Made by a program: the position numbers and the translations under genes. A stretch of 64,000 nucleotides of DNA from the NCBI RefSeq assembly GCF_001194135.2, contig NC_068989.1, positions 73,320,598 through 73,384,597 of the forward strand, given 5' to 3'. Below are positions 23,800 to 36,884 of this stretch, one piece after another; the stretch's first letter is position 1; every line of letters begins with the position of its first letter. The stretch is from Octopus bimaculoides. Taxonomy: Eukaryota. The notes beneath the pieces were generated by a model. The model had not been told where the DNA came from, searched no databases, and was given only the letters and a program-made list of their open reading frames with translations.

Positions 23800-24546
23800 G
23801 ATAAGTTCCATTGAGAGTTGGCCTAAGCATGGCTAACTTGAATAAGTTATGAATACCCAAATTGTGAAGTCAGTTATGTAATAACATGAAATTAGTTACC
23901 CAATAGTAAGAATTCAAATAAAGTAGCCCAGAAAAGGGCTTTAATGCATTCCTAGAGTCAATAAAACACAGGAGGAAATACTAATAAGGTATGTATACTA
24001 AAATCGTGAAACATGTTATGTAATGACAGCCTAATGAGATATGAGATAATAATTCAAAGTAAATAACTCTGAAAAGGGCTTTTGTGCGTTCCCAGAGAAT
24101 ATTACCCTCATGAGTGCTAGTGTTGGTATATTCATGAATAAGTCACTAACCGAAATAAGTGGATCTATTGTTTAGGAAAATATTATTTACTTGTTTAAGG
24201 ATTGTACTGAATAAATTGCGAAAATAACTCCAACAGTTCAAGTACTAAGAAATAAGCATGCTCAATTTCATTTTTACCAAATAATTTAGGAAAATGAATG
24301 GGCTATTTTCCTTGGCTATATATAAGGATCCCTTCCAGGGACAAATGGTTGGATTTTAGAATAAAATATATTAGAAATATATATAAGGATCCCTTCCAGG
24401 GGCCCTATTATCGAGTTTTTCAACAATCTGAGTATACCATGAGGTTTCCAGACACGAGTTCTACTTATGTGTCAAGTTTCATCAAAATTGCTAACTCAAC
24501 AAACACAAACACACCCACAGACAGAATTTCCCTCATATGTAGTAGA
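23800..24546 (-). mobile_element. Probable non-autonomous Helitron-like element; only the 5' end is recognised
   Basis: The minus strand begins A|TCTACTACATATGAGGGAAATTCTGTCTGTGGGTGTG. Internal direct repeats include TATATAAGGATCCCTTCCAGGG twice. I found no CTAG/hairpin end. Confidence 0.4.
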
Positions 24547-25030
24547 TATATATATATATATATACACACACATATATATACATACATACATGGTCAATGC
24601 TAGTGTGTGCAGGGTGGTGTGATGTGTGGTGTGGTGTGGTATGGTGGTGTGTTGTGTGGTAGTGTGGTGGTGTGGTGTGGTGTGGTGGTGTTTGGGCGTG
24701 GGGGAAGCAAGGGTGGTATGTAAGGGATGGGGGTGGGGGATGGGATGTATAGGGATGGTGGGGTTGGAATGTGTAGGAGTGAGGTAATGAGGGTGGGGTG
24801 ATGATGAAGGGAGAAGGTGGGTAGGAAGAAGTAGGTGTGAGAGGAAGAGAGGAGGAGGTTTAGATGAAGAGGGGAGGAGAGTTGAGCCCATGTGGTGCAA
24901 AGACGCAAAGCGAGAAGATTAATCGCTGTTCACAGCGAAGACAGGAATCCGGATGGCCCTTGTGCAAGGACAATCTGAACATATACATGCATATATATAA
25001 TTATATATTTACATCTATTTATATATGTTA

Positions 25031-25088
<58 letters not shown>

Positions 25089-25622
25089 CAGTTGTGTCTG
25101 GGGAGAGTCATTTTCTTATTGTGCCTTAAAATTTAACACACAAAAACGAAATATATATATATACACATATACATATATACACATACACATCCACACACAC
25201 ACACATGTATGTATGTATGTATATACACCTGTGTATAATTTGATGTATACAGGTCATTATTAATTTTTTGTGCAATGCTAAATTTATATCACAATAGGTC
25301 TCTAAATGTGTTTAGATTAATCTATGGAGACCAGAAGTGAAAGACAACTTAACATTTTAAAATAGATTTATTCTTAAATGGTTAATTTTTATCTTGTCTT
25401 CTGTCATTGCATACACAGCTTAGATGTGATTCCAGAGTTCTTGAAATGTATCTTGCAGCTGCTTTTCAATTCTAACTTGAATTATATTAATTATTGTTGC
25501 ATGCACATCTTCTATAGAATATAGTTTAGTTGAATATGCAGTAGTCTTTAAATGTCCACCTAAAGTAAAGGTGAAACTACTATTTGAAGTTTATTATTGC
25601 ACATTGGTTTTATAAAATGATC

Positions 25623-25667
<45 letters not shown>

Positions 25668-26687
25668 TTTAAATGCTAGCTTTTATAAGTTTCATTCCTC
25701 TGAAAATACAGTGGTCGATAAGCCTTTATACCATGTATTTTCAGAAGCATGGATCATGTAATAGTTCACGTTTAAATCCTAGAACAGTACCCTATAACCC
25801 TATTTGTGTGTGTGTGTGTGTGTGTGGACATATGCACACACACACATATTGCTCAATACTTCAATGAGTGAATTTCACATGTTCCACTTTTTTTAAACTT
25901 TGCTATCAGAAACATTATCAGAATATAGCTTACTTATGTATTTTTTTTTCTCTTCATACAGATAACATCTTTTCATTAGTGAAAGAAATATACACTTATT
26001 TAAAATACAATAGTCCTACACCATCTCTCCATATTCAGAAGAATTTTTTTAATGAAATGATATATAATTTGAAAAAAAAAAAAAAAGCACACTTTATATA
26101 ATTCAATTAAAAATGTGTACAGATTCTTTAGTTTATGTAATAGTAGCAAGTAAAAAGTTATTCTACTGGTTTTGTTACATTTGTATTTTTATAAAAAATA
26201 GTGTGAAGGAATCTCTAATTGTTGCTTCAAGCTACAATTTGAAATTTTGTAACCTTCATGCATTTTCAAAATCTGGCTTGTTTTCTAAAAGTTGCTCTAA
26301 AGTAATTTCACTAATTTTTTTGCTTTTAGATAAGATCTTTGTTGTTTATACCCATTCTACAGATACGTCTTATTCATTGCCTGAACTAAACATTTGTGGT
26401 TCTGTGAAATCCTTACTGTCTTCATAGACTACTTTTGAAATTATCAGCTTGCAATAAATTTTGGATATCATCTGATCATCTTCTTGAAATCTTACTTCTT
26501 TGTACAACATTATGCAAAATGCTTTTGGTGAGTAGGGTTGGACATGCATTTTACCCTGGGGGTTTTTGTGGTCTATTTAGATGAGGGGCTCATTATTAGC
26601 TGATAATAAATCCAGAATATTATCTGATCAACCTCTTCAAATCTCATTTCCTGTGCTATTTTTGTTAGGGTATTGTTGATTAAAACA

Positions 26688-26853
26688 GGGAGCTGGCAGA
26701 ATAATTAGCATGTTAGACAAAATGCACAGTGACATTTCTAGTTCTTTACATTCTGAGTTCAAATCTTGCTGAGGTCAACTTTTCTTTTCACTCCTTCAGT
26801 GTTGATAAAATTAAGTACCAGTCAAATATAATTAACTTGTCCCTCTCCTTAAA
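26688..26853 (+). mobile_element. SINE family A copy, CpG-eroded
   Basis: GGAGCTGGCAGAATAATTAGCATG..TACATTCTGAGTTCAAATCTTGCTGAGGTCAAC..GTTGATAAAATTAAGTACC. Confidence 0.8.
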
Positions 26854-28154
26854 CACTGCAATGAACAGGTATCTCGTTCAAGGGATTTTGTGATCTCTGC
26901 CATTTATATGCTATAGAAAATGGGTAGCCAGCTTTATGAGTCTGAAGAAAAAACTATGGTGTTAACAAACCTTTGGATATGGTTGCTAGGTAATTGAACA
27001 TATAGTGGACTTAGCAACTGGGGTCAAGAAAAAGCAAGGTCAGAGCTAAAGGCTTGAAAAAAAAAAATGTTGATTTAGATACTTTCATCTGTCCTATGAT
27101 CTTCCTTAACTGCATTTACAGTTTTTGCCAAACCCCAGTGAAACAAATATGTTTAAGTTTTTCCAAGGCATCTTTAATGCTTTCTCTTAACGTTATAAAT
27201 ATTCAAAAATTCTTTGATGGATTGATGTTTGTCACCAGTCAGTTGCAATCATTTGATTTAAAGATCTTTTAAGATAACATGCCTTGAAAACAGAAATAAC
27301 TCTGTGATCCTATGGTGATGCTGTGAAGTTGTGTTTGATATAATAAAAATAAACTTCAGTAGTTGTGCATTTTTTTTTTTTTTGTGAATCAAGATTTGAA
27401 GGAGCACCTGGATGAATACGAATATTTTATTGACTTTCAAACAATGAGAGTGTAAGTTGACCTTAGTGGGATTTGAACTCACAGAGTGCATAAAGCTGGA
27501 ATAATACTGCACTCTAAACTCTAAATTATTTATGATTGCAGTTTATAATTATTTGTGATTACATCATTATTAACTTTATCCATCAACCGTCTTTTATGCT
27601 GACATGGGTTGGACAGTTTGACAAGAGCAGGCAAGTCAGAGAGCTGCTCCAATCTCCATTGTCTACTTTGGTATGGTTTCTGTGGTAGGATGCTTAATGC
27701 TAACCTTCTTAATGCTTACCACTTTCCAGAGTGTACTGGGTGCTTTTTACATGGCATCAGCACCGGCAAGGCAAAGACACCTTGGGTGGGAGAGGAAGTG
27801 GAACTGAGGAAGGCGACTGTGCTCGTTGGGAAGTCAAAGTAGACCAGGGTGGAATTTGAACTTGGAGTATAAAAATGGACGAAATGCTGCTCAGCATTTA
27901 GTCCAGCATGTTAAAAATTCTATCAGCTTGCGACCTTTGCTAAATAATTTATAATAAAACTGTGAAAAATTAAATTCAACATATTTTTCAAAATTCTTTT
28001 ATTTATTATTTTTTTCTTTTTAATGCCTATTGTCACTCGGCTATATCACAGTTGATTTTATACACTTGTGATAACTTGTCATGCAAGTAACTTTCAAATG
28101 AAAAAAAAAATGTGAAGCAGTCCTGCATATCTCACCTACCCATATTTAATCTTT

Positions 28155-28533
28155 GTGGAGGCGCAATGGCCCAGTGGTTAGGGCAGCGGACTCGCGGTCA
28201 GAGGATCGCGGTTTCGATTCCCAGACCGGGCGTTGTGAGTGTTTATTGAGCGAAAACACCTAAAGCTCCACAAGGCTCCGGCAGGGGATGGTGGCGAACC
28301 CTGCTGTACTCTTTCACCACAACTTTCTCTCACTCTTACTTCCTGTTTCTGTTGTGCCTGTAATTCAAAGGGTCAGCCTTGTCACACTGTGTCACGCAGA
28401 ATATCCCCGAGAACTACGTTAAGGGTACACGTGTCTGTGGAGTGCTCAACCACTTGCACGTTAATTTCACGAGCAGGCTGTTCCGTTGATCGGATCAACT
28501 GGAACCCTCGACGTTGTAAGCGAGTGCCAACAA
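28155..28533 (+). mobile_element. SINE family B, full length with TSD
   Basis: tRNA-like head GTGGAGGCGCAATGGCCCAGTGGTTAGG..GGTTTCGATTCCC and tail GTGCCAACAA. 13-bp TSD ATATTTAATCTTT / ATATTTAACCTTT. Confidence 0.93.
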
Positions 28534-29047
28534 TATTTAACCTTTAGTCTACTTAGGTTACAGATTTCTCTTCCATGTGCCTTTTGAGAAAAGGTTTTCT
28601 TTAAAGCTAATGATATTTGTTCTCATTATGGGTAGAATTCCAATTGCTTAACAAAAACATCCTTTTGGCTCTTGGTATTAAAAATATTAGCTTGCACTTT
28701 ACTATTTAATGTATATCTGTATATGTGTATGTATGAATATGTGCATATTTGCACATACATGTGTGTTTATGTATGCATATGGGCATGTACACTTATGTGT
28801 ATATCTATTGTATAGTATGTATGTATGTATGAATAACCTGTTACATGTTTATTCTTAATCATAATTAATGAAATCTCAAGATAGTATTTACTCAACAAGT
28901 CGATATTTATTGTATTGTACTATCTCGTTTGTTGAATCCAGTTATTAATTAAATGATCTTTTGTGCTGTCTTTCACCTTTTCATTCATGTATTTTTCAAT
29001 ATATATATGTATGCAAACATATAATCGTATGTTTGTATATGTGTGCG

Positions 29048-29110
<63 letters not shown>

Positions 29111-29667
29111 ATGTATGTGTATGTATGCACGTTTGTATATGTATGTATATATATGTGTATGTATGCATATGTGTATGTATGTATGTATTATATATGTATG
29201 TGTATATATAGTGAGTTTAAACAAGAAAAACAAAAAACGACAACGGGAGGACGTGATACAGATATTGTGTTACTGGACGCTCAGGAAAGGAACGAAAGAG
29301 AATTTGGCGTTTCGAGCGAGGCTCTTCGTCGGAAATATAGGAAAGTCCAAAGGAGGGAAGACGGAGGAAGAAGAAAAAATCGCCAACAATATACACGAGG
29401 TTACATTGTGGAATGACTGGAAGGGAATGGGTGAAGAAAAAGTAGTTCTTTCTAAGACAGGAGAGTGCAAGAGAGGGAGGTGTGTATGTGTGCATGCGCA
29501 CATGTGTGTAATAACAGCACGTGTATGTGCGTATGTTTGTGTGTGTGTGTGTGTCTGTGTGTGTGTGNNNNNNNNNNNNNNNNNNNNNNNNNNNNNNNNN
29601 NNNNNNNNNNNNNNNNNNNNNNNNNNNNNNNNNNNNNNNNNNNNNNNNNNNNNNNNNNNNNNNNNNN

Positions 29668-29698
<31 letters not shown>

Positions 29699-30644
29699 TG
29701 TGTGTGTATGTTTGTATATAACATCCTACACAGTTTTTATCTTTTAACCTAATTCTGTGCAATATAGTTTTTTGCAGTTACATTGGTTTCAATTCTCTCA
29801 TAACCTGTCTTGTGTTATTGCTGTTGGTGGTTATTTCAAACATATCATATCATTTCTTTCTCTTTCTATTGTCTCTCTATTTATCTCTCTCTATCTCTCT
29901 TTTACTTCTCCTTCTTCCATGTTCCCTCATTCTCTCTCTCACTCTAAACCTACTTCACTTCTCCTTCTTTAATTTTTTCTACCACACAGTCTCTATTTCT
30001 CCATTATCTTCCTGTGTCTTTTGTCTCATCTTCCATTTACTTTCCTCTTTCATCTCTCTCCGTCTCTCTCTTTTCTTAGTTTTCTTTCTGTTTCTCTGTC
30101 TTTCTCTCATTGTTCTCTTCTGTGTCTTTGCTTGCCTTCCTCTCTGTCTTTCTGCTCTCTCCCCCCTCTCTTTATTCACTTCTCTTCTGTATCTCTTCTT
30201 TCTCTCATCCCTATATACTATGTATATACATCATATTCATATATAGATATATATATATATCATTTTGTCTACATATTTTAGTAATTATAGCTATCATACA
30301 ACAATACTATTAACATGCAAGCATGTTATGGTAATTAGAATGTGAGGTAGATTTGACTCAAAGGCATCCTTTAACAGTTTTGTTTTTGACCCATATAGGT
30401 AGAAACTAGAGAACTTTAACAGGTGGTGCTGACGGTGGGAGTGGTTGCGGCAGATGATGATGTGATGTAGTTTGGCTTTTATATTTTTATACAGCTTCTC
30501 AATAGAAAATAATGCTGTCGGGGGAAACTTTTTGAATATTTAAAAAAAAACATTCTTCTCCATGAATGCTTGTGTTTGTGTGTGCACATGTTCTGCATGT
30601 GCATGTGTGTGTATGTTGGCTGTAATTACTAATATATGTGGACA

Positions 30645-30990
30645 CATAGACACCAGGCTCCAATCTGATCTGACAATGTTTCTACAGCTGGATGCCCTTC
30701 CTAACGCCAACCACTCTGAGAGTGTAGTGGGTGCTTTTACATGCCACCAGCATGAAGGCCAGTCAGGCGGTACTGGCAATATATATATATAACATATACC
30801 TCTATATATATGTTCTGTATAGATATATACTTGCATGATACATACATATATACATACACAATAGGGAGGACAGCCAGCTGTAGAAACCATGCCAAATCAG
30901 ACAGGAGTTTGGTATAACTCCTGAGCTTGCCAGCTCTGGCCTAACTGTCCAGCCCATGCCAGTATGGACAACGGACATTAAATGATAACA
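30645..30990. mobile_element. Two head-to-head copies of repeat family C (RTE-like tail ending GGACATTAAATGAT)
   Basis: TTTCTACAGCTGGATGCCCTTCCT (minus copy) faces AGGGAGGACAGCCAGCTGTAGAAACC (plus copy). Other C copies lie near 27590-27780, 32680-32807, 33640-33782, 49375-49770, 51636-51790, 55215-55320, 59515-59670 and 63490-63570. Confidence 0.8.
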
Positions 30991-31029
30991 ATAATGACGA
31001 TATATATCTTTATCTTTTATCCTTCACTT

Positions 31030-31227
31030 CGTTTATTCATTAGATTGCAACAATGCTGGAGCACTATTTTGAAGGGGTTAATTGAACAAATTGACCCCTG
31101 TACTTTTCTTTTTTTTTATAAGTCTTGTTTTGCTGAACCACCAAGTTATGAGGGCGTAAACAAACGAACATCGATTGTCAAAGAGTGGTGGGGAACAAAC
31201 CCAGATATTCACAGACACACACACACA

Positions 31228-31264
<37 letters not shown>

Positions 31265-31422
31265 CTGTATATATAATATGATAGGCTTCTATCAGTTTCT
31301 GTCTACCAAATCCATTCTCAAGGCTTTGGTCAGCCCAGGGCTATAGTAGAAGACAGTTGCGCAAGGTGGGACTGAACCCAGAACCATGTGGTTGGGAACC
31401 AAACTTCTTTGCACACAGCCAT
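31030..31422 (-). mobile_element. SINE family D copy with internal (CA)/(TA) microsatellite
   Basis: TGCTGGAGCAC..TCGATTGTCAA..(CA)(TA)n..CTACCAAATCCATTCTCAAGGCTTTGGTC..GGGACTGAACCCAGAACCATGTGG. Confidence 0.85.
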
Positions 31423-31433
31423 GCCAGCACCTT

Positions 31434-31471
<38 letters not shown>

Positions 31472-31859
31472 GAAAGCCACTTAATTAATGATAATGAATA
31501 TATAGCTTCCCCATCTGGAAAGAGAACAAGAGAAAGAGTTGTGAAGGCAAGTCATAAGATAAATATGAGAGAGAGAAATAGGACAGACGATTAGAAAAGG
31601 TGGGTGGATCGGCACTAGAATGAAATTAGTTGGGTGGATAGGTACTAGTGCACTAGAATGAAATTAGTGGGTCAAATGATCTGAGATCCGGGACTGAGTT
31701 GGATGTAGGGCATATCAGTTTGGGGAGGGGGAGCCAAAGAAAGGAAATTAGAGTGGATCTGGGAGGAGGAGGAGGTGGTGGTGACAGGGAACAGTAGTAG
31801 GGATACAATATCAGCACCTGAGTGAGATAAACACATATATTGATGCATAATTACACACA

Positions 31860-31911
<52 letters not shown>

Positions 31912-32033
31912 CTTGCAAAATTATATACACTTACATGCATAATCACACTGGCTGCATGCTACAGTGTATGCACATGCACACACACACACACACACACACA
32001 CGCGCACATGCACATACACATGTGCACATGCAC

Positions 32034-32065
<32 letters not shown>

Positions 32066-32807
32066 TCTTTAAGCATCTGTCTACCAGACCCATCTATAAA
32101 GCTTTAATTTAATCCAAAATCACATTGTTTGAAAGTGAATATCTTAACCACATGTGTGTGTGTGTGTGTGTGTGTGTAAATCTATTATCTTACTTGTTTA
32201 GTTTTTTTTTATGGAAACATAACATTTGAAGTGCCAAGCATTATTAGTGATTGGCATGAAAAGGTTAATGACTATATTCTTTCTATTGTCTCTCCTTGAA
32301 ATGGAGTTGAGCATTTCCCTCAAAATTTGAGCACTAAGAAAAAACAAAAAGAAATTTAGGAGATGGGGGTATCATGTTTGAATTAGACCTTTTCACGCTG
32401 CCCATTTATTGGTTTCTTTTCAGAATGACCACTAGCCTAGATTAACTCTAAGCGATAAATAAGATTAATTAATTGCTCCGTCATTTAGGTTATTATCTTC
32501 TAAAAGCCATTAATTTCTTCAATAAGATTTCATTTTCTTGCTAATTTGAGACCATTGGGAGAATGAGTGTGTGTTTGTGTGTATGTGAGAGTTTCTATTT
32601 GATTGTCTCTCTTTCTTGATGTCATGTGATAGCTGTGAACAAACATCACCATGATACACATGGTTCTGGTCAATTCTAATCTTCTGTGGAAACATATCTG
32701 GCCGTGGGGAAATATTATCTTACTTGGAATCAGATGAGGATTGGTGACAGGAAGCACATCCAGTTGTAGAAAATCTGCTTTAATTGATCCTGTCTGATCC
32801 ATGCAAA

Positions 32808-33072
32808 CACTAGCGGAGCTAGGGGTAGAGGACGGCAGGGGTGGTCTGCCCTAGATAGCACTTTTAAAGGGGCAGCACTTTTCATCTTGTTATAGGCTAT
32901 AAGCCAGAATAGATTATATCAAAATAGTTTGGTATTTGATAATTCTCGATATTATAAAATAAATGGAAATGCATGACTTTTGGGTCTGCTATAGGCAATA
33001 TGTGTTTTTTGTGGGCTCTGGGGGTGCCAAAAAGTGCTGTCCCAAGCGGCATACACTTTAGCTACGCCAGTA
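32808..33072. mobile_element. hAT-type MITE inserted in a family C tail
   Basis: TIRs CACTAGCGGAGCTA / reverse complement TACTGGCGTAGCTA. 8-bp TSD CATGCAAA (32800-32807) / CATGCAAG (33073-33080). Confidence 0.88.
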
Positions 33073-33085
33073 CATGCAAGTGTGC

Positions 33086-33634
33086 CAGTGCTGGATTAAC
33101 TTTTAAGCAAAATAAGCACATGCTTAGGCACTGCAGAAATCGTAAATGGTTTACAGCACAAAAGAAATCACTTTAAACTTGCCAAAATAAACATTATTGA
33201 ATGTACCTTCCCAAATGCAGACATTGCTTTTCGTGTTTGTAATATTAATGGTCTCAAATTGCTCAGCCGAGCATTTATTTTCTCATTTGTAATATATTAT
33301 ATTTCCCATCAGAACAACTATGCAACAAGGTAGGCTGGATGCCTTATCTTCACTTTATTTAGGAGCAGATGTGTTATTTTGAGGATCTGATTGTAGATTT
33401 TGCAATTACAAAAAAAAAAAAAAAAAAAAAAAAGTAGGAGAAAACTTTTCAAATATGAATAAAGTGGAAATATACAAAAATAACCATTATTTTCCATCTT
33501 ATTGTTTTGTTTCATTTTGAAAAATAAAAATTCATTTTATGGTATATTATTGTTTATATTTTGAATTACATATGTATGGGGGCACCAAAATATTTCAAGT
33601 GCTTTGGACCTCTGTGAGTCTTAATCTGACCCTG
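33086..33634. mobile_element. Probable hAT-type MITE
   Basis: TIRs CAGTGCTGGATTAA / reverse complement CAGGGTCAGATTAA (10 of 14). No recognisable TSD. Confidence 0.55.
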
Positions 33635-35161
33635 GTCCAGTCATGGGGGAAATGTTACCTTCTATGAAGCAGGTGAATGTTAGCAAGAGGAAGGGCGTCC
33701 AACTGTTGAAAATCTGCTTTAATGAATTCTGTCTGACCTATGCAAGCATGAAAAAGTGGACTGATGATGATGATGATGATGGTGCTAGTAATTAAATAAC
33801 TTGCTTTTTGTTGAAAGCACACTTGAAGGCTTATCCCAAATTTCCTTAACAGAATGTTTTCCTGATACAAATATAAAATGTCCATCAGTTTGGATTGAAC
33901 TGTATTGTCTTTTTTTCCCCCATTATTATCAGCATTCTATGCATGGTAATCCTTTATATTTATTGTTAAGCATGTCCTAACATCTAGGTCTGAAAACACA
34001 GCTAAAAACATTCAGTTTGTTTTAATGTTGGCCAGGTTCAATGACTAGGCTCGCCAGGTGACTAATTTGTCTTCAATAGAATGGTCTGACAGTGTGGTTC
34101 CAGTATAGATAAAATCTACTGTATGTATATAGTATGTATGTATTATTGCCATAGAGAAAAATCTATTGTTTTAATTTCTCCTTTACAGCAAGATCATATG
34201 ATTTAAATTGTGATAATAGAAGCTGAGTGAAACTATGTTATTTTCTCATCTGTAGAACAAAGCAAAGGCTGCTCCACTGCATTAGCACATGTTACATGCC
34301 ATTTGGTTAACATTGGAAGTCATTGTAAAGTTTCTAATTCATGAAAGAGTTGGAAAATTGGAAATGAAAAATTGACACGTCTATCCTTTTCACAATGATA
34401 TTAAAGACACACAACTATAAAGAAGCTCTCTCAGTAATTTAGTTAATTAATACGTTATTAATGAATGCAAATTAGTAACAGCAGTGCTGATTGTTCATAG
34501 CTTTATTCTCAAGTAAGCTACTGTCTCTCACAGTTTCTCTGTAGACTTTATGAAGTAAATACTCTTGGTAAGGGCAACTGTCTTCTATTATAGCTTCCCA
34601 CTGACCAATGTCTTGCCAGTGGAACCAGTAGAACCAGTAGATGGAAACTGTAAGGAAGCTTGCTGTATGTTTTTTTTTTGTGTGTATTCACATGTATATG
34701 TCTGTGTAAATGCTTCTGTTCCACTTCTGTTGAACACTTTAAGTGAAAAATGGTGACATTATGTTGAGATTCCCTATTAAAAAATTGCCCTTTAGCTCTG
34801 TGCTGTTGAGGTCAAGTAAACACAAATTCTTTTAACTTGCAAAACAAGTAAAAATTAGAGATGGTGAGAACATCTGACTATAAAATAAAGTCTTTGTAAT
34901 AAGTATTCATCTAACCCATGCTAACATGGGTAAACAAAACATAATGTGAATGATTGAGCTATGTATATACATGCATATATACATATATATAGTAGCTGCT
35001 TTCTCGTATACAAGCAAAGCCATTGCTAGAAAGGTTCATTGAAATGAATCATTGATGATGAAATGTGAGACCATTGAATGGCTCTTGAGCCTGGCCAAAG
35101 ATTTTCACATTCTATTGCATAATGCTCGTCTGTGCTAGCTAGCAGAGAGAGCATATATATA

Positions 35162-35196
<35 letters not shown>

Positions 35197-35581
35197 NNNN
35201 NNNNNNTATATATATATATATATATACATACATACATACATGCACACACACACACAGTTTTCTATACTCAATAATCATGCTTAGCCCATTTGTCAAAATA
35301 TGCTGCCTTTGAATTTTGAAAATACTTTGTAGCTTTTACTTCTTCCAGTCATTGGACTGTGGCCATCTTAGGGCACCACCTTGGAGGATTTATTTGTTTC
35401 CTTTTGTTGAACTGCTAGGTTACAAGAATGTAAATAAACCAACACTGGTTGTTAAGTGTTGCACTGGTTGTTAAGTGTGTGTAGGGGGTCAAACACAAAC
35501 ACAAGGGCCTTCCCCTGCACATACATACATACATACATACATACATACATACATACATGTATGTAAGTGAATATGTGGTGT

Positions 35582-35642
<61 letters not shown>

Positions 35643-35713
35643 TTATTAATGTTTGTTTTTATGTTCAATTGTAATAAAAACAATTTTACATTAATCTGTT
35701 GTAGAGTACAAAT

Positions 35714-35848
35714 TTATTATTCTTAAAACAAGACTGTTGATGATAGTGACTTCGAAGTTCTGGCCAGCTTAACCAGCATCTAGTGAGGGCTTAGTTGGCC
35801 AAAACTTTGGAGTCACTGTCAACAATATTCTTGTTTAAGAATAATGAA
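35714..35848. mobile_element. Short hairpin-type MITE with arms of about 45 bp
   Basis: TTATTATTCTTAAAACAAGACTGTTGATGATAGTGACTTCGAAGTT..AACTTTGGAGTCACTGTCAACAATATTCTTGTTTAAGAATAATGAA. A related half copy is at about 44868-44925. Confidence 0.7.
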
Positions 35849-36690
35849 TATGTATGTATACAATGAGCTTCCACACAGTTTCCAGCTATCAAATTCACTC
35901 ACAAGACCTTAGTCAGCCTGGTGCTATAGCAGAAGACACTTGTCCAAGATGCTGTGCTGAGGGATTGAACCGAAAACTATGTGGTTACAAAGCAACCTTC
36001 TTGACTACACAGCCCTGCCTAATTGTGTTTAACGCCTTTATTAACTCTTTTATTACCATATATCTGTCAAGATATGCTACCTTTGATTCAATTAATTTTG
36101 AAAATAATGAAAAATTCATTGAAATAACTTTATCATTATCAGGTTGGGATCTGGAACATAAATTAACAGGATATTTTTGATGGACTGTTTTAATTTTAGA
36201 CCATTTACAACAATAAATTTGAATCATAAAACTAAGGGCTGTCTCTGGCGTTGTTGATATCAAAAGGGTTTAAAATACCCACTCTTAGAGCAGAAAAAAA
36301 CCCCTCATATGAAACAAACCCAACACCAACACTACTCTGTTTGACCACTACTCCATTCTACCAAATTACCAATGTTCTCTGTTGTATTTGTTCTACAGCT
36401 ATATTTTTTTACCATTAACTTTTACTCGGATATTGATCTCCACTTCTCTCTCTCTTTCTCTCTCTCCTCCCATCTTTATTTCTCTATTGACCCTTCCCTC
36501 TCTTTGTCTTTGTCTTTCTCCCCACTCTCTTGCTCCTGTTTTCTCTTTAGTCTTTCTCTTTTGCTGTACTCCTCTCTGCTGCTTTTTCCCTAGCCTCTCT
36601 TTTTATTTCTCTTTTTCCTCTCTGCCCTTCCTTTCCTGCTCTCTTTCTCTTAATTTTCTCTTTCATTCCCCTGTTTCTCTTCCCTTCTCT

Positions 36691-36884
36691 CTTTCTCTTC
36701 TCTCAGTCTTTCTCTTCTCTCAGTCTTTCTCTTCTCTCAGTCTTTCTCTTCTCTCAGTCTTTCTCTTCTCTCAGTCTTTCTCTTCTCTCAGTCTTTCTCT
36801 TCTCTCAGTCTTTCTCTTCTCTCAGTCTTTCTCTTCTCTCAGTCTTTCTCTTCTCTCAGTCTTTCTCTTCTCTCAGTCTTTCTC
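36691..36884 (+). repeat. Perfect 17-bp minisatellite (CAGTCTTTCTCTTCTCT), about 11 copies, within a CT-rich tract at 36420-37110
   Basis: CAG recurs at 36704, 36721, 36738 and every 17 bp up to 36874. Confidence 0.95.

Noticed and set aside
26110-26520. Minus-strand stretch vaguely like a pogo/Tigger transposase C-terminus
   Set aside because: The similarity is too weak by eye, there are multiple stops, and no TIRs were found.
28155-28235. tRNA-like sequences with A and B boxes (also at 8004, 12685, 14346, 46512 and 54751)
   Set aside because: They are heads of multi-copy SINEs continuing into SINE bodies with TSDs, not tRNA genes.
36691-36884. Regular direct repeats as a possible CRISPR array
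   Set aside because: The units are head-to-tail with no spacers, there are no cas genes, and the context is eukaryotic.
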